Assembly (NCBI GenBank): GCA_963665095.1
Contig: OY762069.1
Location: forward strand, 4,352,001-4,416,000
Direction of reading: 5' to 3'
DNA from: an uncultured Desulfobacter sp.
GTDB lineage: Bacteria > Desulfobacterota > Desulfobacteria > Desulfobacterales > Desulfobacteraceae
Length of the DNA: 64,000 nucleotides
Positions 8,801 to 22,454 of the stretch are shown piece by piece. Under the pieces are notes generated by a model that saw only the letters and a list, made by a program, of their open reading frames with translations, searched no databases and was not told the DNA's origin. How positions within the stretch are numbered: position 1 is the first letter of the stretch; each line of letters begins with the position of its first letter. The translations under genes and the position numbers were made by a program.

Positions 8801-11149
8801 TTAATTCAGCATCTGCCTGGCAGTCTCCGCATCCTTAAATTCAGGATCAAGCTCAAGAGCTTTTTTCAGATATCTCCTTGCCTTTTCAAACTCCCTGTTC
8901 CTATATAAGGCCATTCCGTAGTGAAACCAGGCAAGCGCACTGTCCGACTTTATTTTCAGACTCTCTTCAAACTCCGACAGAGCATTGAGATAATTACCCT
9001 TTTGATAATATATCCAGCCCAGTGTATCCATGACATCTGCATTTTTTGGAGCCTTTTCACGGGCTTTTGTAGCATAAAGCAGGGCCTCATCTGTGCCACC
9101 CTTCTTTTCCGACAAAATAAAAGCAAGGTTGTTAGCAGCGTCCACATGATCCGGCGTCTCACCCAGAACCTTTCGATAATATATTTCGGCTTTCTCTATG
9201 TTTCCTTTCTGGTGGTGAATTGTTCCTATGGCAAACAGAGCAGGAACATATCTTGGATTAATGGACTCAACTTCTTTCAATAATTCAAGCCCCATTTTAT
9301 AGTCGCGACGGCCTAAATATACCGCAGCCATATGCATACGCGGCATAATATATTTTGGATTCATATCAGCCGATTTGACAAAATGTTCAAAGGCTTTCTC
9401 TGCCTGGCCGCTGGCCATAAAGACCTCACCCTTCAAATTGGCAAAAAACGCGGCAGAATCATCAGGCGCCTTGACTGACATAGCGTTAATTGTTTCAAGG
9501 GCCATATCGAATTGTTTTTGGACTATAAAAATATTAGTCATCAGCTTGATTAAACCGGGTTTGCTCTGATTCGGCATTATATCAAAGGCTTCCCGATAAT
9601 ATTCCAGAGCCTGGTCATACTCCCTGTTGTTTTCATGCAGCTTTCCCAATCTAACATAAGCAGGGAAATAGTCGGGCCTGTCTTTGATAATGGCCATAAG
9701 GATCTGCCTGGCAGCGTCAATATCACCTTCTATAAGTTTGAGACCTGACATCAGAGACATGGTTTTAATATCTGTCGGTGCCAGCCCTAAAATATCATTC
9801 ATCTGCTTCCTGGCTTCAATAACATTTCCCTCAAGCAGATAAATTTCTAACAGCTTGCGTCTGGCCTCCAGGTGCCGGGGGTTAATTGTGACGACAGCCA
9901 GAAGATTGGTTTTAACCTGGTCCTTTTCAAACGCAGCCGGATCATCCAGCATTCCGGCTGCGGCACGGAAAATTTTTTGTTCCGGCCGATCAGAAGCACC
10001 CCTTGCCTCTATGCATTCAGCCCTATAGTAATATGCTTGCGCATTAACTTTATCCTGTGCCACAACCTGATCAAACAGATCAAGTGCCCCACTGAAATCT
10101 CCCTTAGCCATAAGCACCCGACCTTTCTGGAACAGGGCACCTACATATTCATTATCCGCTGTCAGTGCTTTTTCAATAAACGTGCTTGCTTCTTCCACCC
10201 GGTTAAAATGGAGAAACACTTGAGCCAGATTGGTTAGTACCTGTGGGGAGTCCGGCTTTTTCGCCATTGCGTTTTTCATGGTAATAACAGCCTTGCTCTC
10301 CTGGTTCATTCTGGTATAGAACTCCGCCAGATTCATCAAAGATCCGACGTTTCCGGGGTCGATATCCACTGCCTTTTGAAAATATGTCTCGGCCTTGTCA
10401 AATTGACGGCAGCTCTGGTAAAACATTGCCATGTCCGAATTTTTCTCTATTTTTGAACCAGGCGTCTCAAGCACGCTTTTTAACAACGTTTCGGCATCGT
10501 CCCATTTTTTCTGGGCAATATAAAGGCGGACCAGGCCCATATATGCAGTTCGAGATTCGCTATCGGCATTAATTGCATGTTTGTATGCCTGCTCAGCTTT
10601 TCCAGGGTTGTTATTCTGAATATATAATGAAGCCAGAGAAATATAGGTTTTAATATTTTTATCGTCTATATTGGCCGCCTTTTCCAGGGTCTCAATAGCA
10701 GCCTTGATATCCCTCTCTTTCACCTGGATGCCGGAAAGGATGTGATGCGCTGAAACCGAATCAGGAGAGACTTTTAACGCATTTGTAATATCATGTCTTG
10801 CCTCCAACAGGGCTCCTGTCTGCATATGTATCTGGGCAAGACGAAGGTAGGCAAGTATACTGTCTGGATCGGCCTTAGCAGCCAAATTATAATATCTAAC
10901 GGCATTGCTGATTTCTTTGTTGAGGACATACGCCTCGGCAAGCTCGAACAGAATCCCACCGTTATTCGGATCCAGATTCACGGCATTTCTGTATTCAATG
11001 ATAGCAGTCTGTACTTTTCGCTGGGCCAGGAACTTACGCGCACTTTCCACATGTCCCTGGGCCAGTTTTTGATCATTATCTGCACACCCAATCATGAGTA
11101 TTAAAAAACAGCCTGAAATTAACCGAAACAAGGGGCTGTATCGAGACAT
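8801..11149 (-). CDS. TPR-repeat lipoprotein, PrsT-like
   Basis: 782 aa; lipobox-like LMIGC; many TPR repeats; PEP-CTERM locus context. Confidence 0.8.
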   Translation of the reverse strand: MSRYSPLFRLISGCFLILMIGCADNDQKLAQGHVESARKFLAQRKVQTAIIEYRNAVNLDPNNGGILFELAEAYVLNKEISNAVRYYNLAAKADPDSILAYLRLAQIHMQTGALLEARHDITNALKVSPDSVSAHHILSGIQVKERDIKAAIETLEKAANIDDKNIKTYISLASLYIQNNNPGKAEQAYKHAINADSESRTAYMGLVRLYIAQKKWDDAETLLKSVLETPGSKIEKNSDMAMFYQSCRQFDKAETYFQKAVDIDPGNVGSLMNLAEFYTRMNQESKAVITMKNAMAKKPDSPQVLTNLAQVFLHFNRVEEASTFIEKALTADNEYVGALFQKGRVLMAKGDFSGALDLFDQVVAQDKVNAQAYYYRAECIEARGASDRPEQKIFRAAAGMLDDPAAFEKDQVKTNLLAVVTINPRHLEARRKLLEIYLLEGNVIEARKQMNDILGLAPTDIKTMSLMSGLKLIEGDIDAARQILMAIIKDRPDYFPAYVRLGKLHENNREYDQALEYYREAFDIMPNQSKPGLIKLMTNIFIVQKQFDMALETINAMSVKAPDDSAAFFANLKGEVFMASGQAEKAFEHFVKSADMNPKYIMPRMHMAAVYLGRRDYKMGLELLKEVESINPRYVPALFAIGTIHHQKGNIEKAEIYYRKVLGETPDHVDAANNLAFILSEKKGGTDEALLYATKAREKAPKNADVMDTLGWIYYQKGNYLNALSEFEESLKIKSDSALAWFHYGMALYRNREFEKARRYLKKALELDPEFKDAETARQMLN

Positions 11150-11210
11150 TTAAACATCCTTTCGCAACTATCTTGAATTCATTTTTGACTGGAAGCCTAT
11201 ATACCTTTTT

Positions 11211-12440
11211 TTATTCAGAAAGGCCATTAATTTTAACTCGGTAAAGGGGATCTCCCACAAGGACCTGCTTCCATGAGAGGTATGGCAGACTGACCAAATA
11301 AGATTCCGCCAGCGTCAGTCTTTCCTTAATCAGAAAATCGAAAAAAATTTCAGGAAGAGGGAAGGACTGAACATAGGGTTCGCCTACGGGACCAATGGTT
11401 GCAGCAACGCCTTTATCCAGCATTTTTTTGCACCAGACGTTGCTTGATTTACTTTTAAGGGTCGCACATTCCGAACTTGCGATATGATATCCCACTGACC
11501 CTTTTTCCCAGGTAAAGGCGTCCACGTAATTGGCCAGGCTGTACCACCCGCAGTAAAGAGCTGTGTTCGGGCAATCCCCGGGCTGGAACAGCTCCTGTTT
11601 GTCATCCAGCACCACGTTAAGCCCGACTTTTTTCAGCCGGCCCGCTGCGTTATGGATGGATTTATCATAGAGTCCGTATCCGGACACTTTCTTTTTTCCC
11701 GGGTCTTTCCATCTTGCGTCAAAATATGCAGTCCCGGACAGGCCTTTATTTTCAGCCTCCATGCTGTCATTAACGATTCTTTTAACAATATCCGGGGCTG
11801 CGCCGTCCAGCCGGCTGACCATGATTACCTCAGCCTTGTCAATGGCTGTCTTTTGTGACTGCCACGGCAAAAAAAAGGGATTGGGCAACCAGAAATTAAG
11901 ATTGTAATCTTTTTTCTTTACAAGCATTAACTCAGAGTCCAGTGACGCTGCTTTATCTGTGGTAGTTTTCAGCTGACTGATTCTTTTATTCACCCGGTCA
12001 AGCTGCTTTTTATCATCCTCAGACAACTGCCCGTTTTTCTCTTCAAGGTCGTTAAACTTTTTTTTCTCAGCCTCCAGGCGGTCCATTTGTGCCTGTTCGC
12101 TTTTTGTCATACCGGGAGGGGAAATTTTTAACGGCATGCCGTATATGGTAACTATGGCATTAATCTTTCTGTTTTTTTCCAGAGCTCTTCTGACCGGGGG
12201 CACTATCTTTTTGACATAATCCTCACGCGAACAGCCCTCCTTATCTGTGACAAACACCAGTTGTAAATTTTCTTTGGGAATGCCTCTTTTTTTCATGTAC
12301 CAGGCAGCAAGCCCCTTACTGCTTCCTGCATTTCGGTTTGCAAGGACAAGCACTTCATCCGGAGATAAGGCAAACGCCGGCAGGATTGAAAAAATAAACA
12401 CTAAAATCAGGGCCGAAAAAAAATTAACCCACAAACGCAT
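11211..12440 (-). CDS. TIGR03790-family protein (PEP-CTERM-associated)
   Basis: Signal peptide then ALSPDEVLVLAN; ASLDSEL, MVSRLDG, GPVGEPY and C-terminal VGDPLY. Confidence 0.8.
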   Translation of the reverse strand: MRLWVNFFSALILVFIFSILPAFALSPDEVLVLANRNAGSSKGLAAWYMKKRGIPKENLQLVFVTDKEGCSREDYVKKIVPPVRRALEKNRKINAIVTIYGMPLKISPPGMTKSEQAQMDRLEAEKKKFNDLEEKNGQLSEDDKKQLDRVNKRISQLKTTTDKAASLDSELMLVKKKDYNLNFWLPNPFFLPWQSQKTAIDKAEVIMVSRLDGAAPDIVKRIVNDSMEAENKGLSGTAYFDARWKDPGKKKVSGYGLYDKSIHNAAGRLKKVGLNVVLDDKQELFQPGDCPNTALYCGWYSLANYVDAFTWEKGSVGYHIASSECATLKSKSSNVWCKKMLDKGVAATIGPVGEPYVQSFPLPEIFFDFLIKERLTLAESYLVSLPYLSWKQVLVGDPLYRVKINGLSE

Positions 12441-13477
12441 TATGTCTCCCCCTGCCTGTTCAGGTGGTTCATATACCAGAGGGCCGCTTCATCCAGTCCG
12501 TCCTGAACTGAGTAATGAGGGCTGTATCCCAAAAGCTTCCTGGCTTTTGAGATGTCTGCCAGGGAGTGGCGGACATCGCCGGGCCTGAAATCCCTGTGTT
12601 CGGGGACGGCACCGGCCCGGTCTGGGAGCGTGGCCGCCACCCTGTCACGGATCATGCCAAAAAGCTGGTTCAGGGTGGTGCGCTGTCCAAAGGCAACATT
12701 ATATATATGGTCTGCCGCCTCTTCCCCGGCAGTGGCCGCAAGCAGGTTTGCCTGGACGCAATTGTCAATAAAACAGAAATCCCGACTGGTCTCACCGTCA
12801 CCATTTATATATACGGTATTTTTGCGGATCAATGCGCCAAACCACAGTGGAATTACCGCAGCATAGGCACCATTGGGGTCCTGCCGGCGGCCAAATACGT
12901 TGAAATACCGAAGCCCGATACTTTTAAACCCGTAGGTGGCGGAAAAAACTTTTGCGTACAGCTCATTTACCAGCTTTGTCACAGCATATGGAGACAGGGG
13001 ATTGCCGATTTTATCTTCCTGTTTGGGAAGATCCGGGTGATCCCCATAGGTAGAACTTGAGGCGGCATAGACAAATCGTTTCACCCCGGCATCCCGGGCT
13101 GCCGTCAGCATGTTTAAAAACCCGGTTATATTGTTTTCATTGGTGGTCAACGGATCGGCAACAGACCGGGGAACGGAGCCCAGGGCGGCCTGATGCAGGA
13201 CATAATCCTGGTTTTTGCAGGTCATCACGCAGGTATCGGCATTGGTGATATCCCCTTCAATAAAGGAAAAATTCTGCCATGCATCAGCGCCAACCGCCTC
13301 TTTGACCTGGTCCAGATTGTGCTGAAACCCCGTTGAAAAATTATCCAGTCCGGTCACTTTCTGCCCGAGATCAAGCAAGGTTTCCAGAAGGTTTGAACCA
13401 ATGAAACCGGCACACCCGGTAACCAGCCATGCCCGGGGGCTTTTTTTCAACGCCTCAATTGTTTGGGAATATTTCAT
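12440..13477 (-). CDS. UDP-N-acetylglucosamine(uronate) 4-epimerase (WbpP/TviC-like SDR)
   Basis: [28 protein letters not shown] and LRYFNVFG motifs. Confidence 0.9.
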   Translation of the reverse strand: MKYSQTIEALKKSPRAWLVTGCAGFIGSNLLETLLDLGQKVTGLDNFSTGFQHNLDQVKEAVGADAWQNFSFIEGDITNADTCVMTCKNQDYVLHQAALGSVPRSVADPLTTNENNITGFLNMLTAARDAGVKRFVYAASSSTYGDHPDLPKQEDKIGNPLSPYAVTKLVNELYAKVFSATYGFKSIGLRYFNVFGRRQDPNGAYAAVIPLWFGALIRKNTVYINGDGETSRDFCFIDNCVQANLLAATAGEEAADHIYNVAFGQRTTLNQLFGMIRDRVAATLPDRAGAVPEHRDFRPGDVRHSLADISKARKLLGYSPHYSVQDGLDEAALWYMNHLNRQGET

Positions 13478-13510
13478 CTTAATAGAGTTCTCCTTAAAAA
13501 GCTGAGCTAA

Positions 13511-14230
13511 TTACCACAGTTCCCAGTGGCCGGAATAATAGACATAAAGAGCCAGACCGATATTGGTTGTCCCATGGGCAATGATGCAGGAGATCAGATC
13601 TTTTCTCCATATCCACAAAAAAACCATCAACGCCCCATAAGCAATGGCCGCCGGCCACTCACCAACCAGATGGCCGGCGGCAAATATAACCGTTGAAATA
13701 ATCACCGCATACGAGGTCCACTGGCCTGGTGCCACATCAAAGATACTGGCATCATCCAGGGCCGCAGAAAAGGGCTTTACCGTTCCTTTCCTGCGCAAAA
13801 GATCCCACTGCAGGGCAACCCGGAAAACAAATCCGCGCATGAACAGCTCTTCAAACACCGGCACCACAAAACCGGCTGTCACCAGTCTGAGGGTAAACGC
13901 TGTGTTGGACCACGGTTCGCTCTCTTCCGGCGTCGTAAAAGGGGCATACAGTCCGCACCAGACTACCAGGCCGATGATGCCGAAAACAATGCCCCACAAA
14001 CTGGAAACCCATCTGTTTTTCGGACCGGTTAATGGAACGTACCATTTCCAGGCCCAGAACAAAAGCCCGGGCACAATGACCAGCTTCATGATATAAATCA
14101 TTTCCTCCGGCAGCTTGTTGTGCAACACTGAAGAAAGGGCGACATAAGCAAAATAGGGCGCTATATAGGGGATAAGCAGATCCATATTTTTCCACTGTTC
14201 CCGGGATGAAGCTGTGCCGGATGCGTTCAC
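13511..14230 (-). CDS. CAAX/CPBP intramembrane protease, PEP-CTERM-associated
   Basis: Multi-TM; EELFMRG, FAAGH and CIIAHGTTN motifs; GTG start with AGGA RBS. Confidence 0.85.
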   Translation of the reverse strand: MNASGTASSREQWKNMDLLIPYIAPYFAYVALSSVLHNKLPEEMIYIMKLVIVPGLLFWAWKWYVPLTGPKNRWVSSLWGIVFGIIGLVVWCGLYAPFTTPEESEPWSNTAFTLRLVTAGFVVPVFEELFMRGFVFRVALQWDLLRRKGTVKPFSAALDDASIFDVAPGQWTSYAVIISTVIFAAGHLVGEWPAAIAYGALMVFLWIWRKDLISCIIAHGTTNIGLALYVYYSGHWELW

Positions 14231-14422
14231 AGGAATTCCTTTTTATGGCCTGAGTGAAAACCAAACAGATAAACTAAAGTTAGAATTTATATTTCTTTTT
14301 TACTGCAAATCAAGGAAAAATCCCTTGAAGATTAATAAAGAAATGTTAGGTTAGTGCCCTGCAATAATTTAAAATGCTGTATACCACAAGAGCGGGGTCC
14401 AGCACCAGGAGAGATAGGCAAA

Positions 14423-15373
14423 ATGTTTTTTCAGGCAGGTATCACCGTATTCAACGCCATTTTTCAACTGTTCCTCATTGCCTTTATTGCTGTGATCTGC
14501 GTTAGAGCCGAACTGGTCTCTGCCCCTCAGATCAAGGCGTTGTCCGGTGTGACGGTGAACATTTTTCTGCCCTGCATGATCATGGCAAAAACAGTGACCA
14601 GTTTTCACCCCGGGCAGCTGCATTTCTGGTGGACCCTGCCTCTGTCGGGCATCGCCATTGTAATAAGCGGATTGATTTTCAGCGCTCTGCTGTTCCGGTT
14701 CAATGCAGAAAAAAAACACTTTATGGTCCTGGCAGGCATGCAGAACGCCTTATATATTGTTCTGCCCATCGGCCACCTTCTGTTTCCGGATCAGTTTGAC
14801 CTGTTTGCCCTTTATTGTTTCCTTCTGGTGCTGGGCCTGAACCCCATTATGTGGAGCCTGGGCAAAGTCATGCTGGCCAAAGAGGCGCCCGTCCGGCTCA
14901 ATTTAAAAAGTATAATCACCCCGCCGTTGAGCGCTATTTTTATCTCGGTTGCACTGGTGCTTTTTCACCTGGCGCCCATGATCCCCCGGCCGGTTATTGC
15001 GGCCATGGATCTTCTTGGCGGCGCCACCATCCCCTTAGCGGTCTTCATACTTGGCGGAACCATCGGGGCCATCTCTTTTAAGGACTTACCCTGCATGAAA
15101 GATATCATCACAGTTGCCGTTGTAAAATTTATCCTTGTGCCCGGATGTACCTTTGCCGTGCTCGGCTTTTCAGGGCACTGCACTGCCAGTCCGCTTATCT
15201 GCAGCATGCTTATGATTCAGGCATCGTCACCGCCGGCGACCAACCTGGCGCTTATCGCAGAGAACTACGGCGGAGATACCCGGGCGGTCTCTTCCATGAT
15301 GCTGGTGCAATACCTGATTGCCATTGTCATGATGCCTGCATGGATTGCCTTGTGGCAGTATTATAAGTCTTGA
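14423..15373 (+). CDS. AEC (auxin efflux carrier) family transporter
   Basis: About 10 TMs; NIFLPC, ATIPLAVFILG and PPATN motifs; start placed at ATG 14423. Confidence 0.82.
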   Translation: MFFQAGITVFNAIFQLFLIAFIAVICVRAELVSAPQIKALSGVTVNIFLPCMIMAKTVTSFHPGQLHFWWTLPLSGIAIVISGLIFSALLFRFNAEKKHFMVLAGMQNALYIVLPIGHLLFPDQFDLFALYCFLLVLGLNPIMWSLGKVMLAKEAPVRLNLKSIITPPLSAIFISVALVLFHLAPMIPRPVIAAMDLLGGATIPLAVFILGGTIGAISFKDLPCMKDIITVAVVKFILVPGCTFAVLGFSGHCTASPLICSMLMIQASSPPATNLALIAENYGGDTRAVSSMMLVQYLIAIVMMPAWIALWQYYKS

Positions 15374-15579
15374 CCTGCCCTGTCAGGTATGGGATATAAG
15401 AATTTTTAAAAAAGCAATAGATTGCTTATTTATTAGCTAAAACAGATTTACCCATTGAATATTCTTCAATATAAGAAGGCGGTTTGCCAGATTCTTTACA
15501 AGCCCGCTCTTTTGTTATATTGTTCAAACGTTTATATATTGGGATTAAATCCGCTTCTCATTACCATTCAACGAGGTGA

Positions 15580-19098
<3,519 letters not shown>

Positions 19099-19101
<3 letters not shown>

Positions 19102-19252
19102 TGTTTGAACGAAAAGTCACCCACCTGCGGCGTTGCTGCACAAAGCTGCAATCCTCACGTACTTTAGTACGCTCCGGTTGCAGCTTTGCTTGCGCCTTGC
19201 ATCTGGGCAACTTTTCGTCCAAACACCCCAAACGGGGTTTTCGTTCAGACTA
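19099..19252. repeat. Structured dispersed repeat/MITE, copy A
   Basis: TAGTGTTTGAACGAAAA...TTTTCGTTCAGACTA; core homologous to the copies at 28.9, 29.8, 37.9 and 43.6 kb; overlaps the PFOR TAG stop. Confidence 0.9.
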
Positions 19253-19306
19253 TCGATAACAGACCGCCGGTTTTCCGGCAGTCGCTCTCACCGACATGAC
19301 AGATAT

Positions 19307-19346
19307 AAAGGGGTGGTGCATGGTTGCACTACCCCTTTTATTTTTT
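19307..19346 (+). terminator. Intrinsic terminator of PFOR
   Basis: AAAGGGGTGGTGCA-TGGT-TGCACTACCCCTTT followed by a T run. Confidence 0.75.
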
Positions 19347-19446
19347 GTGAAAAGGCCTGCAACGGCGAGATTAACTGCTTGATCCGAAAGTTTGCTCATG
19401 TTAAACTTTTTTTCATTTTATTAAAAAACCAGCAGGAAAAACGCCG

Positions 19447-20055
19447 ATGCCCCCACGCATGGAAGTCAAAGTCAAAGAGGAAGTGGCCGCCCTGAATCTG
19501 GGTAACAAAATCAGAAACCTTCGGAAACAAAGGGCGCTGACCCTTCAGGAGGTTTCGGAGTTGACAGGGCTTTCCAAACCGTTGCTCTCCCAGATTGAAA
19601 ATAATATTGCGGCCCCTCCCATTGCCACCCTGATTAAAATTTCCACAGCTTTAGGGGTAAAAATCTCCCACTTTTTCCAGGACCAGAACATGGATGACCG
19701 TATCGTGGTGGTCAGACAAGAGGACAGGTACAGTGTTAAAAAACTGTTCCACCACAAGGAAGAATCCCAGGTGGGGTACCGGTGGGAATCCCTGGCCTAT
19801 CCCATGGTGGGGAAACAGATGGAGCCCTTTGTTGTAGAGATCCAGCCCCGGGAGGAGGAAGACCTGCTGTATAACGACCACCAGGGAGAAGAGTTTCATT
19901 TTATTCTGGACGGCATTGTGGAATTCCGGACTGCTGACCAGATTCACCGTCTTAATAAGGGAGACAGCCTTTATTTTGACTCCAGCATCCCCCATGCCCT
20001 TCGGGGAATCGACGGCAGGGCCACCTCCCTGATCGTAATTTTTACCCCGAAATAG
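19447..20055 (+). CDS. XRE HTH + cupin transcriptional regulator
   Basis: IRNLRKQRALTLQEVSELTGLSKPLLSQIE; cupin HQGEEF...GDSLYFDSSIPH. Confidence 0.9.
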   Translation: MPPRMEVKVKEEVAALNLGNKIRNLRKQRALTLQEVSELTGLSKPLLSQIENNIAAPPIATLIKISTALGVKISHFFQDQNMDDRIVVVRQEDRYSVKKLFHHKEESQVGYRWESLAYPMVGKQMEPFVVEIQPREEEDLLYNDHQGEEFHFILDGIVEFRTADQIHRLNKGDSLYFDSSIPHALRGIDGRATSLIVIFTPK

Positions 20056-20075
20056 TCCCCAACCAGAGCAAAAAC

Positions 20076-21782
20076 ATGAAAAAATATATTTTACTCATTA
20101 TTTCCGCATGCATTATTTTGCCCTATGTGGCTGCAGCACAATCAGATCCATCCCAGGCACTGCCCGGGGAGATTATGGAAACCCAGGCATCAGAGGCCCC
20201 GGAACAACAGGTAAATACAACCGGCATTCCCCAAAATACCATTGAAATGCTCAAATCCATTGTCCGACTGAAAAACACCTTAAGACAGCGTATGGATGAA
20301 AAAAAGCTGGCCATGGACAGAGCCGGTTCCGAAACCGAAAAAAAATATCTGGAAGCAGAACTGGCTAACCTGGATAAGCAGATGGCAGACGCTGTCTCAG
20401 ATTTTGAACAGATTGCCACAGGCGTGGACACCGGCTTGTTTATTGCCAAAAAAAATGAGCGGTTTGACTGGAAAGAGGAAGTTCTTTCCCTGGCCGAACC
20501 CGGTATTATGGAGCTTAAACGCCTCACTGTCAAAGCCAGGCACAAATCAAAACTAAATGATGAGCTGGACAGTTACGAAGAACTGCTTCCCGTGGCAGTT
20601 AAGGCCAGAGCCCGCATTGAGGACCTGGTTTCCCGGGCTGAAGACCCGGTTCTGGTATCATCTTTAAAAGACCTTTTGCCTGAATACAAAGGGATTGAAA
20701 GTCAGATCAAAAACAAGGCAGACCTGATCCGCATGCAGCTTAACGAAATTAAGCGGGAAGAGGCATCAGTCATAGACAGCACCCAGAGCTCTGTTAAAAA
20801 ATTTTTCAAGACACGGGGGCTGTATCTGGTTTTTGCCGTTCTGGCCTGCTTTGGCGTGGTACTGATCCTCAAATTTCTCTACCAGAGCCTGATCCGTCTT
20901 GTTCCCGGATACAAGCTTGCATACAGGCCGTTCCATATTCGATTGCTGGAGCTGATGTATCGGCTCATGATGCTTATACTGACCGTACTGGCAGTTATTG
21001 CGGTTTTTTATCTTGTTGAGGACTGGGTCCTGCTCTCGTTGGCCATTATCTTCATCATGGGAGTGGTCTGGGCTGCCAAGCACACCCTTCCGGTGTATAT
21101 GGAGCAAAGTCGGCTGATGCTCAACATCGGGCCCGTCAGAGAAGGCGAACGAATGATTTACCAGGGTGTGCCCTGGCTGGTTAAGCATATCAATTTCTAT
21201 TCCCTGCTGGAAAATCCCACCCTTGGGATTACCCTCAGGGTACCCATTTCAGAGCTGATGGATAAAACATCCAGGTCATTTCATCCTGACGAACCCTGGT
21301 TTCCGTGCCGGAAAAATGACTGGGTGATCCTGTCTGACGGCACAAGGGGCGGCGTGACCCAGATGACCCATGACACCGTGGAACTGGTTTTAAGGGGGGG
21401 CGCAAAAAAAACATATCAGACAGCAGACTTTCTGGGCATGAATCCCTTGAACCTGTCAGTGAACTTCAGGCTGAAGGTGCCTTTCGGCATTGGTTACGGG
21501 CACCAGAAAGATGCCACAACGGCTATACCGGACCTGTTGTCCGCCTTTATCCGGGAACAGATTGAAAAAGAAGGATATGCCGAAGAACTGCTCAACCTGC
21601 GGGTGGAATTTGCCGAAGCCGGGGCGTCATCTTTGGATCTTGTGGTGATCGCAGATTTCAAAGGCAGTCAGGCGCCCATATACAACCGTTTGAATCGCAG
21701 CATTCAAAGATGGTGTGTGGATGCCGCGACCCGTCACGGCTGGGATATTCCCTTTCCACAGGTTACGGTCCATCAGGCCTGA
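20076..21782 (+). CDS. MscS-family mechanosensitive channel protein with periplasmic coiled coil
   Basis: Signal peptide, coiled coil, three TMs, C-terminal GWDIPFPQ motif. Confidence 0.7.
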   Translation: MKKYILLIISACIILPYVAAAQSDPSQALPGEIMETQASEAPEQQVNTTGIPQNTIEMLKSIVRLKNTLRQRMDEKKLAMDRAGSETEKKYLEAELANLDKQMADAVSDFEQIATGVDTGLFIAKKNERFDWKEEVLSLAEPGIMELKRLTVKARHKSKLNDELDSYEELLPVAVKARARIEDLVSRAEDPVLVSSLKDLLPEYKGIESQIKNKADLIRMQLNEIKREEASVIDSTQSSVKKFFKTRGLYLVFAVLACFGVVLILKFLYQSLIRLVPGYKLAYRPFHIRLLELMYRLMMLILTVLAVIAVFYLVEDWVLLSLAIIFIMGVVWAAKHTLPVYMEQSRLMLNIGPVREGERMIYQGVPWLVKHINFYSLLENPTLGITLRVPISELMDKTSRSFHPDEPWFPCRKNDWVILSDGTRGGVTQMTHDTVELVLRGGAKKTYQTADFLGMNPLNLSVNFRLKVPFGIGYGHQKDATTAIPDLLSAFIREQIEKEGYAEELLNLRVEFAEAGASSLDLVVIADFKGSQAPIYNRLNRSIQRWCVDAATRHGWDIPFPQVTVHQA

Positions 21783-22243
21783 TCCGGCTCAACGCTCTGG
21801 ATCATGTCAGAAATTTTGTCAACATGGGCCATCTCCTCCCGGACGATCCTGTTCAGCCCCTGTTTAACGGTTTCCGATTCTACAAAGGCTTCCAGAAACT
21901 GGTAAAACAGGATCGTGTCTTTTTCAAACATAAGGAAGATCCTGAGCATCTGGACCGGTGTGGAGACAGTGGAAAAATCCACGTCGTTCAGGGAAAGAGA
22001 GTTCTCTCCCATCATCTCCTTTAAAACACCGGGAAGCTGGACTGTCAGATCGCCGTCACTTGCAGACAGATTTTTTTTCTGCTGCAGAAACCACCGCCGG
22101 TGGCGATCTTCCTCATCCGCCATCCACTCAAGAAGCTCAGCCGCTGCTTTGCTCTTTACCGAATCAAGTGCGTTAAGATAAGTGACCCGGCCATTTTCTT
22201 CCATTTTTGCCGCAATATCAAACAGGTCGTTGAGGGTAAACAT
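21773..22243 (-). CDS. Ferritin/rubrerythrin-like di-iron protein
   Basis: MEENG..Y, EEDRH, EKDTILFY and EEMAH motifs. Confidence 0.8.
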   Translation of the reverse strand: MFTLNDLFDIAAKMEENGRVTYLNALDSVKSKAAAELLEWMADEEDRHRRWFLQQKKNLSASDGDLTVQLPGVLKEMMGENSLSLNDVDFSTVSTPVQMLRIFLMFEKDTILFYQFLEAFVESETVKQGLNRIVREEMAHVDKISDMIQSVEPDQA

Positions 22244-22454
22244 AAAAATTTCCTTTCTTTATTCCGGGTCATACCATATCGAATTTCAGCGTAAAAGGCT
22301 ACCAACAAGCTGTTTTAAAAGGTTGATCTTGATTTATCACCTCAAAACCCCTATACATTTTATAGAATGTTTAAACACGGGTTTTCATTCAGACACGATA
22401 TAACATACCGAATAGTGAGATGATCATTCATAAGCCGTTATGGCATGATCCGTT

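Noticed and set aside
21773..21782. 10-nt convergent overlap of the MscS-like and ferritin-like genes
   Set aside because: A common short tail-to-tail overlap with no evidence of function.
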